Source: the human T2T-CHM13v2.0 reference genome, Homo sapiens
NCBI RefSeq assembly: GCF_009914755.1
Contig: NC_060943.1
Strand: one strand, 5' to 3'
Length of the DNA stretch: 64,000 nt
Shown: one piece after another, positions 14,197 through 32,530 of the stretch
How positions within the stretch are numbered: the stretch's first letter is position 1
Layout of the letters: each line of letters begins with the position of its first letter
The notes under the pieces: generated by a model
Seen by the model: the letters and a program-made list of their open reading frames with translations, nothing else
What the model was told of the DNA's origin: nothing
Databases searched by the model: none
Position numbers and translations under genes: made by a program

Positions 14197-14644
14197 TGTA
14201 CACTATTTCTTAATCCCTGCCAGGGCGGTGTTATCTTTGCAGCTGAGAGTTCTAAGTGACTTGACAAAGGACACTAGCGCAACTTTAATAGCAAAGCCTG
14301 GGCCATTTCCACCACCACATGTGTGGCCTGTGTTCTTTCCCACACCTTTTAAAATTTTAAACAGCCTTATTGAAGTGCTGGTGTAAAGCCTGTACATATT
14401 TAAAGCATACAGTTTGCCTTTTACATATGTGTGTATACATCCCTGAAACCACCACCACAATCAAGAGAATGAACATAAAAGTTTCCTTCTGCTCATTTAT
14501 AATCCTTCCTCCCAGTCACAGCCTACCGTATCAGTCCCTCAGATAACAGTGAATCTGCTTTTGGTCACCGTGGATTAGTTTGCGTCCTGTAGAATTATAT
14601 GTTAAGGAATCATATACTATCTGCTTTTTCTCAGGGTAGAGGAC

Positions 14645-15439
<795 letters not shown>

Positions 15440-15810
15440 CTTCTTAGCTCTGTGCTTGCAAAATAATTAGACATCCTGTTATCAAGAAAGTATGGCCAGA
15501 TAAAACTGGTCTGGAAGTTACACAGTCAAGCTTAACTATTTTGAAATTCACCCATGTTGCTGAATAGATCAGTAGTTCATTTCTTGTCATTGCTGAGTAG
15601 AATTCCATTGTATTGATATACTGCAATTTTTTAAATCCATTCCTCCATTGTTCACTTTTCAGTTTCTGGCTATAACAAACAAAACTTCTATCAACATGGG
15701 TGTGCAAGTCTTTGTATGAATGTACCCTTTTATTTGGATTAATAGCAGTGAAATGGTTGTGTCAAACAGTGGGTGTATGTTCAACTTTTTAAGAAACTGC
15801 CAAACTTTTT

Positions 15811-15851
15811 CAGATGAGATCAGGTGTGTTTAGGGTGATATGGCCATAGAC
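15811..15851 (-). pseudogene. 3'-truncated (tailless) 5S rRNA retropseudogene, nt 1-41
   Basis: Reverse complement GTCTATGGCCATATCACCCTAAACACACCTGATCTCATCTG aligns to the 5S 5' end GTCTACGGCCATACCACCCTGAACGCGCCCGATCTCGTCTG, mostly through CpG decay. Flanked by CCAAACTTTTT / CCAAACTATTT. Confidence 0.9.
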
Positions 15852-16296
15852 CCAAACTATTTTTCAAAGTGGTTGTTCCAGACCAGGCATGGTGGCTCAT
15901 GCCTGTAATCCCAGCACCTTGGGAGGCTGAGGTAGGCGGATCACCTGAGGTCAGGAGTTCAAGACCAGCCGGGCAAACAGGGCAAAACCCTGTCTCTACT
16001 AAAAGTACAAAAATTAGCCAGGCATGATGGCGGGTGCCTGTAATCCCAGCTACTTGGGAGACTGAGGCAGGAGAACCAGGAGGAGGAGGTTGCAGTGAGC
16101 TGAGAGTACACCACTGCACTCCAGCCTGGGTGACAGAGTGAGACTCATCTCAAAAAAAAGAGAAAAACACAAAGTGGTTATTCCATTTCACATTCCCACC
16201 AGAAGTGAATGAGAGTTCTAGATCCATATGTCCAACACTTGTTAGACATTCTAAAAGTATGTAGTGGTATCTTGCTGTAGGTTTAATTTTTATTTA

Positions 16297-16449
<153 letters not shown>

Positions 16450-17333
16450 TTAATATAAAAAAATTTATACCCAGCACTTTGGGATGCCAAAGTGGGCAGA
16501 CGGTTTGAGCTCAGGAGTTCAAGACCAGCCTGGGCAACATGGCAAAACCCCATCTCTACAAAAAAATACAAAACTTAGCTGGGCATGGTGGCCTGAGCCC
16601 ATAGTCCCAGCTACTGGGGAGGCTGAAATGGAAGGATTACTTGAGCCCAGGAGGTGGAGGTTGCGGTAAGCCAAGATCGCGCAACTGCACTCCAGTCTGG
16701 GCGACAGAGTGAGACGCTGTCTCAAAAAATATATATATATAAAATTTTAAAAAGACACTAAGCATCCTTTCATGAGCCTATTTTCCATTCATATATATAT
16801 TTTTGGTGACGTGTGAATTCAAATATTTTGCCCATTTTTAAAATTAGTTTATTACTATTCATAAAAATCTGGGTTTCAGATTTTTATGTTTAATTATCTT
16901 TTTTTCAGATATTTGTTTAATTATCTTTTTTTTTCGAGGCAGGGTTTTGCTCTGTCACCCAGGCTGGAGTGCAGTGGTGCAATCACAGCTGGCTGCAGTC
17001 TCAACCTCCCAGGCTCAATCAATCCTCCCACTTCAGCCTCCTGAGTAACTGGGAATACAGGTGCAAGCCATCACACCCGGCTAATTTTTGTATTTTTTGT
17101 AAAGACAGGGTTTCGTCACATTACCCAAGCTGGTCTCAAACTCCTGGGCTCAAGCAATCTGCCTGCCTCAGCCTCCCAAAATGCTGAGATTACAGGTGTG
17201 AACCACTGTGCCCAGCCCTCATAAATATTTCCTTCCCTCATAAATATTTTCTTCCTCATAAATATGGCCTTCATAAATAATGTCCTTTTATTCTCTTAAA
17301 AGCATATTTCAAAAGCATTCTTAATTTCAATAA

Positions 17334-17570
<237 letters not shown>

Positions 17571-18318
17571 TAGGTGATGCACCCACCAAGGCTTCCCAAA
17601 GTGATCTGTCAATATTTTGATTTGTAGCTTTTGTCTTTAGTGTCCTATCTAACAAATATTTGCGTAACCCAAAGATTTTCTCCTGTATTATATTTTTCTC
17701 TTGAACTTTTTTTTTGTTTGTTTTTTAAGATGGAATCTTGCTCTGTCGCCCAGGCTGGAGTGCAGTGGCACAATCTTGGCTCACTGCAAGCTCCGCTTCC
17801 CAGGTTCACGCCATTCTCCTGCCTCAGCCTCCTGAGTAGCTGGGACTACAGGCACCCGCCACCACGCCCAGCTAATTTTTTTTTTTTTTTATTTTTAGTG
17901 GAGACGGGGTTTCACCGTGTTAGCCAGGATAGTCTCGATCTCCTGACCTCGTGATCCACCCGCCTCAGCCACCCAAAGTGCTGAGATTACAGGCGTGAGC
18001 CACCGCTCCCGGCCTTCTCTTGAACTTTTCTAGTTCTAAGTTTTAGAATTACATCCATGATCTACTATGTTAATTTTTATATATAGTGTTAGATAAGGGT
18101 CAAAGTTAACTTTTTGCATATAGATATCCAATTATTTCAGCCGTTTGTTAAAAATATTATTTTTTTTTCTGAATTGCCTTTGCCACTTTGTTGAAAATTA
18201 ATTGATCACATAAATTTGAGTTTTTTATGGAATCTCCATTCTGCTCATTGACCTATTTATATGTCTTGACACTGATAGCACATGGTCTTGATTATCATAG
18301 CTTTATAGTAAGTCTTGA

Positions 18319-18723
<405 letters not shown>

Positions 18724-19517
18724 TGAATCTTAGAATCAGCTTATCCAGATCAACAAAAAAAGCCTACTGGGATTTGACTGAAATTCCAGGGAATCTGAAG
18801 ATCAATATAGGGCAAATTAACACCTTAAAAATATGGTCTTTCAAACTCTATGGATATGGTGTATATTTCCATCTACTTAGATATTCTGTAATTTCTCTCA
18901 GAAATGTTTTGTGCTTTTCATGAGCAGGCCTTGCACATCTTTGGTCAGATTCATTCCTAAGTGTATCATACTTTTGTGCTCTTTTAAATTGTTTTTGTTT
19001 GTATTTTAGAAACAGGGTCTCACTCTGTCACCTGGCTGGAGTGCAGTGGCAGGATCATAGCTCACTGAAACCTCAAACTCCTGGCCACAAGCAATCCTCC
19101 TGCCTCAGCCTCCCAGAGTGATGGGATTACAGGCATGAGCCACTGTGTCCAGACTATTTTTAATTTTTTAATTTAAAACTTATTTAAAAATTTTAATTTA
19201 ATTAAAATGTATTTTAAATTTTTAGTTTTTTGCTAATATATAGAAACATAATTGATTTTTGTCTATTGATCTTGTATCCTGAAAATTTGCTTATTAGAAT
19301 AGCTTTTTATACATTCGATAGGATTTTCCATGTAGACAATCATGTCAACTGTGAATAAAGACCATTCTCTTCTTCCTTTCCAGTCTGGATGCCTTTTATT
19401 TCTTTTTCTTGCCTATTGCACTGGTTTGAACCTACAGTACAATTCAGTGGGAGAATGGGTGGTCTTTTCACTAAATGAGTCTGGGTCAATTAGATACTAA
19501 TATAAAAAAATGAATCT

Positions 19518-20001
19518 TATAAACCAAATAGTATCTGAGATAGGTCTCAATCAATTTAGAAGTTTATTTTTCCAAGGTTAAGGACTTGAGAAAGGTCCGT
19601 GCATTTCTCCAAAGATGACTTTAAAGGCTTCAATATTTAAAGGGAAAAAGCAGGCTGGAGGGAAAACAGGGAGGGAATGGTCACGTTACTAAATCCACGT
19701 GTTGCAAGAGAAAAAGAGCACATAAGGGAGTGAATAGTCAATCATGTTATTAGTCTCCTGCTCAGTAAATCAGCACTTTACATAAGATAAGGTGAACAAA
19801 GCATAGCTACCTGTGGAGATCTTTAACCTTTTATCCACAGCTCTCTGCTTAGGAACAAAAGGAAAGTTAGTTTCTTGCCTGATTCAGCTTTCAGCTTAAT
19901 TTTTTCTCCTTTTGGCATTGTGAATTATTTTTTTCTGTGTACTCTCACAGAATGGAATGGCATAGTGAATTGGGGTCCCAAGTTTCTATTTTTCTTTCAC
20001 A
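19518..20001 (-). mobile_element. MER4-family ERV1 solo LTR
   Basis: TATCTGAGATAGGTCTCAATCAATTTAGAAGTTTATTT...CTTTCACA; TSD ATCT/ACCT. Confidence 0.8.
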
Positions 20002-20315
20002 ACCTTTACCCCTACCTAATACCAAACACAAAATTTAATTTGAGAAGCATCATCGACCTCAATGTGAAAGGCAAACCAAGAACACTCTTAAAGAAAATAT
20101 AACAGATCAGGTTAATGTGTAAGCATAGGCAAAGATTCCTTAAACAGGATGCAAATACCAATAACCATGAAAGAGTAATAATTTATAGAATAAGTTTCAG
20201 TTGTAAATTAATTAGTAAAATGTGTGTACCTCAAAAAACACCATTAAGAAGGTGAAAAGGTAAGTGACGGGCCAGGAGAACACATTGCAAAACATGTGTC
20301 AAAGAGCCCTAGTAA

Positions 20316-20561
<246 letters not shown>

Positions 20562-20793
20562 TAGCCAGGATGGTCTCAACCTCCTGAACCTCCTGACCTC
20601 GGGATCCATCCACCTCAGCCTCCCAAAGTGTTGGGAATTACAGGCGTTAGCCACGCCCAATTTTTTTAGAGGAGGGGAGGGGCAGAGGCGTGCCCTGACC
20701 TTCACCAAAGAGGATAGCCACAGGCCAATAAGCAGAAGAAAAGGTGTTTAGCATCATTAGTCCATTTGCAAATTAAAACCAGGACAGAGATAC

Positions 20794-21275
20794 TGTTGCA
20801 GGGCATGTGGACCCCAAAATTGGGGCTTAACCCAGGAGGGTTCTTGGCTTTGCCCAGAAGAGAATTCAAGGGCGAGCCGGTGGTGTTAGCAACTTTTCTT
20901 GAAGCAGCCGTGAATAACAGCAGCAGAGGGGCTGCTCCTGCAGAGCAGGGCCACCCACAGGCAGTGTGCCCAGAGGAGCAGCTCAGAGGCAGTGCTGCAG
21001 TCACGCTTATACACACTTTAAATTATATGCAAATTAAGGGACAGATTATGCAGAGATTTTTAGAAAAAGCATGGTAACTTCTGGGTCATCAGGTCATCGC
21101 CATGGAAAGGGATGGTAACTTCTGGGTGGTGCCATGGCAATGGTAAAGTGACAGGCCACACCACTGGGTGTGTCTTATGGAAAGCTGCTTCTGCTCAGAC
21201 ACTGTTTTAGCTAGTCCTCAATTTGGTCCAGTGTCCAAGCTCCACCTGCAGGGTTGAGTCCTGCTCCCTGTCACA
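20794..21275 (-). mobile_element. ERV1 solo LTR (MER50-like)
   Basis: TG...CA termini with perfect 4-bp TSD ATAC (20790-20793 / 21276-21279). Confidence 0.75.
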
Positions 21276-21539
21276 ATACCACTACAAACCAACCTGCTCA
21301 ACCCCACCATGGTGCAACCACTTAGGAAAACACATGGCATCTACTAAAGCTGAACATATTCACTCTATGACCTAGCAGCTCCATTCTTAGTATATATCCA
21401 ACATGAGTGCTATGTCCACCAAAACACATGTATGATAATGTTCATAGAAGTTTTATTCATAATAGCCAAAAACTGGAAACAACTCAAACGTCCATCAACA
21501 ATAGAATGAATAAATAGATTGTATCCATACAATGGAATA

Positions 21540-22740
21540 CAGTCGTGTGCCACTTAACGATGGATATACGTTCTGAGGAATGTGTCATTAGGTGATTTCA
21601 TCGTTGTGCAAACCTCATAGTGCACTTACACAAACCTAAATGGCCTGGCCTTTACCTACCTATGCTATATGGTATCGTCTATTACTCCTAGGCCCCTAAA
21701 TTAATTGCACAGGATGTTACTGTACTGAACACTGTGGGCAACTGTTACACAGTAGTAAGTATTGGCCAGGTGCAGTGGCTCATGCCTGTAATCCCAGCAC
21801 TTTGGGAGGATGAGGCAGGTGGATTGCTTGACGTCAGGAGTTCAAGACCAGCCTGACCAACATGGTGAAACGCTGTCTCTACTAAAAATACAAAAATTAG
21901 TTGGGTGTGGTGGTGGGTGCCTGTAATCCCAGCTACTCAGGAGGGTGAGGCAGGAAAATCTGAAGCCAGGAGGCAGAGATTGCAGTGAGCCGAGATCTGT
22001 GCCACTGCACTCCAGCCTGGGCAACAGAGCAAGACTCCATCTAAAAAAATAAAAAATAAAAAAAATTAAGTGTTTGTGTATCTAAACATATCTAAACATA
22101 GAAAATGTATAGTAAAAATACAATATAAAAGATTTTTCAAAAGGTACATCTGTGCATGACACTTACGATGATGGAGCTTGCAGGACTGAAAGTTACTCCG
22201 GGTGTGTGAGTGAATGAGTGGTGAGTGAACGTGAAGGCCTAAGACATTACTGTACACTACTCTCAACTTTATAAGCACTGTACACTTAGGCCACACTAAA
22301 TTTATTTTTTAATGTTTTTATTTGTTCCATAATAAATTAATTTTAGCTTACTGTAACTTTATAAGCTTTTTTAATGTTTGACTTTTGTAGTCTTGTAACA
22401 CAGCTTAACACATTGTACAGCTGCAAAAAAAAATTTCTTTCTTTATATCCTTATTCCATGAATCTTTTCTATTTTTATTTTATTTTATTTTATTTTTAGT
22501 TTTTAATATAAACACACACATAAGCCCGGGTCTACACGGGATCAGGATCATCAATATCATTGTCTTCCACCTCAACATCTCGGCCCACTAGAAGGTCTTC
22601 AGGGACAATAACACTCATGGAGCTGTCACCTCCTGTGATCATAATAATGCCTTCTGGATACTTCCTGAAGGACCTGCCTCAGGCTGCTTTCCAGTTAACC
22701 TTTTTTATATAAGTAGAAACAGTACATTCAAAAATAACAA
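21540..22740. mobile_element. Tigger3/MER7-type DNA transposon (one end truncated) containing a + Alu (21765-22064)
   Basis: TA|CAGTCGTGTGCCACTTAACGATGG...TACGTTCTGAG terminus and typical internal sequence. Confidence 0.8.
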
Positions 22741-22837
22741 TTAAAACTATTGTTTTAATTGGCACAGTGGCTCAAGCCTGTAATCCCAGCCCTTGGGGAA
22801 GCCGAGGTTGGGCAGATCACCTGAAGTCATGAGTTCA

Positions 22838-23038
<201 letters not shown>

Positions 23039-23419
23039 TCAAAAAATAAAATGAGTACGGTATAGCACATACACATACAAAATGCTTATGAAAGAAATCC
23101 AAGACTTGAATAAATGAAGAGACATGCCATGTTCATGGACTATAAGACTCAACACAGTAAAGACGACAATCAGCCCGAAAATGATATACAGGTTTAATGC
23201 AATTCCAATTGCATTGTTACTGAAGATACCGTTTGCTAGAGGGCATGAAGCTTTTAAGTCGGCGCAGCTCATGCACCTGCTCAATGCAGATCTTGTCTTC
23301 TTGTACCTGAGCCCTCTGCTGAGTTAACTGCTACAAAGCTTCCTGCTGGTGGAATGCCTGATTCTGCCTTGCTGGTGTGTGTGGTTCCTGCCGTGAGTCC
23401 TTCTGAACAGGCCAGTTGA

Positions 23420-23803
<384 letters not shown>

Positions 23804-24441
23804 TAAACTAAACTTTCAGTCCCTACACTCCATTTGGCCAATGAACTATGAGATGACAGGGATAAGGAAGGAAATGTAGACGAGGCTTTGAATGCCTCGG
23901 TAGGAGGGTCCATTTGCCCAGCCCCTGGTATGAGAAGCTCTGCAGCCCACGATGGGGAGCAGATGTGGGTTGAAATGAAACCAAATTCATGCTAAGAGGA
24001 GAAACTGCTCAGTGTTCATGAAGGGGACCCGGGTAGAAACCCACCTGCGGCCGGGCTGTGGGGACGGATTCATGTCTGGCTGGGATGGGTATTGGGGGTG
24101 GAAGGCGAAGACAACGGAATGACCCTGCAGACCCCGTGCTTGGGATGGGACTACCACTTGACAAAGCAGGGGAACGGCCAGACTCACTCCAACTCCTCCA
24201 AACTCCAATTTACGGGCGAGAAACGTTTGGGAACCCCCAAGACCCTGTAGAGCCAAAGCAGACAGGCAAGGCTACAATGGCAACAGTTTAGTAGGATTTG
24301 GTGAAATCCCATTAAAACGTTCAAGAAAGCTCTCCGCGTGTGGGAAGGGGTAACCTAAACAGCATCCCTGAGTCTGAAAAGCTATGGGCTAAGGGTGCAC
24401 AAGTCAATTGAACCCTGTGTTGGAGTCGGACCAGTGTCCTC

Positions 24442-24459
24442 TGCCGCCATCTAGTGGAA
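24442..24459 (-). promoter_or_regulatory. CTCF core motif
   Basis: Minus strand TTCCACTAGATGGCGGCA closely matches CCACYAGRKGGCRS, in unique sequence. Confidence 0.75.
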
Positions 24460-24653
24460 ATACACAGGAATGCGGACATTTTCTAAAGTGACAGGAGATT
24501 TTTTAAGCAGTCATAAATTATTGTTTATTTTAAAGGTTTAAGCCATACCTTAAGACTGGATAAAACCCTTCATTTACATATGGCAGACAGAGGGAAAATA
24601 CACTTTTTATAAAATGCTTAAACAACTTTCACTGTAGTAAGTTGGTTTGGTTA

Positions 24654-24998
<345 letters not shown>

Positions 24999-25000
24999 TC

Positions 25001-25107
25001 AGAAAGGAAGAGAAGAAGAGAGAAGGAGAGAAAAGAAGAGAGAAGGAGAGAGGAAAGAAAGAAAAAGAAAGGGAAAGAAAGAAAAGAAAAGAAAAGAAAA
25101 GAAAAAA
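25001..25107 (+). repeat. GA-rich/(GAAAA)n tail of the Alu at 24718-25000
   Basis: Read directly from sequence. Confidence 0.9.
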
Positions 25108-25238
25108 TGCTTAGAATTCACGGAATAAAAGGAGTATTGCATGCATTATAAAAACTAATGGCAAAAACTATTTCAGTTGCCCAGCATATGGGGGGACATC
25201 CCATTGGGGAATAGAAATAGAAATACAAATCCTGATGA

Positions 25239-25580
<342 letters not shown>

Positions 25581-25586
25581 TAAAGG

Positions 25587-26336
25587 TGTTAACCAAAGTC
25601 TTGGAGGTACACCACTGGCAAAAGTTTAACAAAATGCTTCTGCATGAGAATCTAACCTTAGGGTTAGTTCCCTGAAAGCATGTGTCAACTACGTTGCTAG
25701 GCAACATTGCTTAGAGTAAAAATGATCATTGGTACCTTGTACCTGGAATCACCAGGTAGTCGTATGTGGTATTTATACCAGTTTTTGCTTTCTGAGTGTG
25801 GAATTTTTGTAACTGGGCATGTCCCTTGCAGAGACCCTGGAAGCTATGTTTATGGAATTGTTATGGGATGGTCTCCTGTGAGGCATCGGGCTTTTAAATC
25901 AGGAACGCTGGAAGCAGTGGCTCATGCCTATAATCCCAGCACTTTGGGAGGTTGAGGTAGGAGGCTTGTTTGAGCCCAGGAGTTCGAGACTAACATGGGG
26001 AACATAGTGAGACTCCATCTGTACAAAAAAAAAAAATTTAATTAGCCAGGTATGGAGGCATGCACTTGTGGTCCCAGCTACTGGGGAGGCTGAGGCAGGA
26101 GGAGCGCTTGAGCCCAGGAGTTAGAAGCTGTGATGAGCCACGATTGTGTCACTGCACTCCAGCCTGGGTGACAGAGTGAGACCCTGTCTCAAAAAAATTG
26201 ATGAAGCCATCATTTAGGGCAGCTCTCCTAAAGGCCCAGTGTAGATCTCGCCTGTCTCCTTGTATCTACTGAGTGAACTGCATCAAGGACACTAGATTAG
26301 AGGAATGACTACCTGAAGGAAGCCGCTTTGATAACA
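25587..26336. mobile_element. Possible old LTR split by a + Alu (25907-26197)
   Basis: TGTTAACCAAAG ... CTTTGATAACA inverted termini; family not identified and no TSD. Confidence 0.35.
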
Positions 26337-27029
26337 GCTAGGGCCCCTGCGCTTCATCCTTCTAAATACTCTGAATGTGACTCCTGGTCATCTCGTGAGT
26401 TTGAATAAGCCCAAGAAGACCACTAGTGGGGATTGCATAAGTTACATCAGCCAAAATGATTCTTCTTTTCTTTTCTTTTGAGACAGAGTCTCACTCTGTC
26501 TCACAGGCTGGAGTGCAGTGGCCCAATCTTTGCTCACTGCAACCTCCACCTCCCGGGTTGAAGTGATTCTCATGCCTCAGCCTCCCAAGTAGCTGGCATT
26601 ATAGGTGCCTGTCACCACACTCAGCTATTTTTTGTATTTTTACTAGAGATGGGGTTTAGCAATGTTGGCCAGGCTGGTCTCGAACTCCTGACCTCAAGTG
26701 ATCTGCTGGCCTCAGCCTCCCAAAGTACTGGGATTACAGGCATGAGCCACCGCGCTGGGCCCTCTTTTGTCTTCTTTAATTTGGAATGCTTCTTTAACTT
26801 TTTTTATTTTTCCTTTCATGACATGGACATTTTGAAGAGTACAAGCCTATTGTTTTAGTAGAATGTCCTTCAATTTCGCTTTGTCTGATGTTTCCTCATA
26901 GTCAGATTCTGGGTTGGGGCTTCCCCTACTTTAGGGAAGTCCACTCTGATACCCTCCCCAAGCCTTGCTCTCAAGTTCACAGCCAAGGGGTCAAACCCAT
27001 TGGAGTCTGCCCACTGCCACCTTCTGGAG

Positions 27030-27227
27030 CACAGGTTGGCAAATTTTTTCTCTGAAGGACCAGAGAGTAAATATTTTAGGATTTGCAGGCCAAATGGTCT
27101 GTGTCACAATTTGACTTTGCCATCGTAGCCTGAAAGCAGCTACAGATAACACATAAATGAATTAGCATGACTATATTCCAATAAAATTTTATTTACAAAA
27201 AACAAGTGAAGGGCCAGATTTGGCCCC
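27030..27227. mobile_element. MER58A (hAT-Charlie MITE)
   Basis: GGTTGGCAAA...AGTAAATATTTTAGG...TTCCAATAAAATTTTATTTACAAAA...GGGCCAGATTTGGCCC. Confidence 0.85.
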
Positions 27228-27389
27228 TGACTCTAACCCATGTCCCAGCCCCCAAAACCTCCAGAGTTCCATGCCCAAACAGCCTCCAGTCTGTTTCCAG
27301 GGTAGGCCTCTCTTTCCTGCATGCTGTATCCTGAGGGGCATCATATTGCCATGTGGGTGTATGTTTTCCCTAGACTAAGAGGTGGCTGG

Positions 27390-29088
<1,699 letters not shown>

Positions 29089-29479
29089 TAGAATTCTAAC
29101 TTTTAGACATTTAGACACATGGTATGTCATCTCCATTTGCACTTTGCCCCTGCCCATAATGCAAGGGGCAGCCTGTGTGAAAGCACAAACGCTTCTCAGA
29201 ACAGCCTTAGCCAGGCTGGCCTGGTCCCCACAGATGTTCACCAGGGAAGGGAGTCTGCAGGCTGGCTTCTATCTCCACATCTCCCCTGGGAGAGTCCGGA
29301 GCAATTCCTGGGCCATGCCTCCCAGCCTCCCCTTGCCTGCAGCCACTCAGCTCAGCACCAGACCCCAGCCTTGGTGCTCAGCTTCTCAACAACAGAGCAG
29401 AGAAGACCCCAAACTGGCCAGTTCCTCCGTCTTCCCACCCTCTACTTCTGGAATCTCTTTTCTCTTTCCTTCTTCCTTT

Positions 29480-30468
<989 letters not shown>

Positions 30469-30848
30469 TGGAATGTCTTTTCTTTATAGTCGATCTAATT
30501 TCCTTTAACCTCTTGATATATGAACAACAAATTCATCCCTTGCGGCAGCATTAAGACCTTTGGAGGTTTCCTGCTCTCCTCTCATTCACTGAACACACAC
30601 ACCACCACCACCACCCCACTACCATGACTACCCCATCTCTGCCATCTGATCAGCACAGGGCCTGAAGGCACATTCCCTGTACCCAGAGCACTATGAAGCA
30701 ACACAATGTTGTAGGAGTTACCATCCTACCAACACTACTGCATGCTCACGTCCAAGATGCTTTGGAATTCCAGCTAACAAAGTAACACCAATATGGTACC
30801 CAGGTCGCATAAGCACTCAAGTGTATCCAGAAAGATGAGCAATTCTTT

Positions 30849-30943
30849 TTTTTTATATATACTTTAAGTTTTAGGGTACATGTGCACAACACACAGGTTA
30901 GTTACACATGTATACATGTGCCATGTTGGTGTGCTGCACCCAT
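30849..30943 (-). mobile_element. Severely 5'-truncated L1PA insertion (~95 bp)
   Basis: T tail followed by TATACTTTAAGTTTTAGGGTACATGTGCACAAC...GCTGCACCCAT; perfect 13-bp TSD TGAGCAATTCTTT (30836-30848 / 30944-30956). Confidence 0.92.
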
Positions 30944-31777
30944 TGAGCAATTCTTTAAAATGTGATCCCATGAAATATTTCTAACTTTTCACAATCTCAA
31001 AAAGTAAGTGACAGCTATTGCTCTAAATATCACTTTCAATAATATAGTACTTGTAGCAAGGCATCCTATAATTTTAAGAGCTACATAATGTAAATTACGT
31101 AATTTACATAATTATTATAATATAGTAACTGTTCTTTTCATTATTTTGCTCAGTGTTTTTACTTTTATCCTAAAATTGCTTTCCATAAACTCCAAAAGTT
31201 GTTTCTTTTAATACTTTCAGTCTCTAGAGAAAAAGCAATTTTATGAAAGTGTTTTGCAATAATATATTGATTAATTACTCTATCATTTTATTTGCCAATA
31301 GTTAGGCCCATTCCTTAGCATAATTTACTTATTTGTCTCTTCATTGACTCAGGCCACCATCAGAACACATAATTATTCACGATAAGAAGTTGGGCAAAGC
31401 AGGAATTTTGCACACAAAGAGGTAGAGCCGAATCAGATATTGAGTACATTAATTTCTTTTGTAACTGGGTGCTGTAATAAGAGAGCTGAGGCTTGGACTT
31501 TAAAACTTGTGGTACAAATCTTGACCCAGCCGTCAACCACCTCAAGTCAAGACTATCACCTTCCCCAGCCCTTAGTGCCCCCACTATCGAGAGAGGAACT
31601 TGGTGATACTGGTTCCTGTACAACACAGGTAGTATGACGATCAAGTGATAAAATGCTTATAAGAGAGCATTAATACCAGTGACATCAATGTGCTAGTTGT
31701 TATCTCATGACATGCAAAGTCTTCTCATTGGATCATGATTCCCAATACTGTCATGGCATTGCTTTCCTTTGACAGAT

Positions 31778-31980
31778 TGTGATGGTTGGTTTTTCATGAC
31801 AACTTGGCTAGGCTAAGGGATGGGCAGATCACTGGTACAACATTATTTCTGGGTGTGTCTGTGCAGATGCTTCTGGAATAGATTAGCATTTGAAACAGGT
31901 GACTGAGTAAAGATTACTCTCACCCATGTGGGTGGGCGTCATCCAATCTATTGAGACCCTGAATAGAACAAAAAGACAAG
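31778..31980 (+). mobile_element. MLT2 (ERVL) LTR 5' fragment
   Basis: TGTGATGGTT...CAACTTGGCTAGGCTAAGGGAT...ATTATTTCTGGGTGTGTCTGTG...CTGAATAGAACAAAA. Confidence 0.8.
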
Positions 31981-32130
31981 AGGCCAGGCATAGTGGTTCA
32001 CATCTGTAATCCCAGCATTTTGGGAGGCCAAGGCAGGAGGATTGCTTGAGGCCAGGTGTTCAAGACCAGTCTGGGCAACAGAGTGAGATCTTGTCTCTAC
32101 AAAAAATTTAAAAATTAGTGTGGCGTGGTG

Positions 32131-32530
32131 GTGAGATGGGATTTGTTCCCTTGACCTTCACCCCCTTCATGGGCGAGAACTGGAGTGGCTCATTTCGCTC
32201 AGCCTGCCGCTGGCCACTCCTTGCAAGAGGGAGCGTGTGAGCAAGCGAGTGTGGGAACCAGAGGGAACAAACGCTAGAACCAAGTTCTGGCGGGAGCAGG
32301 CTCTGTATGGGCCTCACAGCAGCATCCAAGCCCCTGCCCTTTTCGCACCCAGGTTCTTGTCCGGCATCCAGGAAGGATCAGGTTGCATGAACGGATTGAA
32401 GGGTAGCATATGTGGGGTATCTTACTGGGTGATGGAAGTGGCTCTCAGAGGGATGGGAATTGGAAAGGGGATGGTGCGGGAAGAAGGTGATCTTCCCCTG
32501 AAGCCACACCATCTGAAGTTAGCTGTGTCT
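32131..32530 (-). mobile_element. Partial ERV1 LTR (MER52/LTR27-like) between Alu pieces
   Basis: GGTTCTTGTCCGGCATCCAGGAAGGATCAGG...GAACGGATTGAAGG...GGAAGTGGCTCTCAG. Confidence 0.6.

Noticed and set aside
19230-20200. L1 orientation switch at ~19443 suggesting a twin-priming inversion
   Set aside because: The minus-strand copy already contains the ORF2 segment (near 18130-18200) with which the plus-strand copy begins, so two separate old L1 fragments is the simpler reading
31300-31760. Unique block with short ORFs, considered as a decayed pseudogene
   Set aside because: No parent gene, poly(A) tail or TSD recognisable; a BLAST search would be needed
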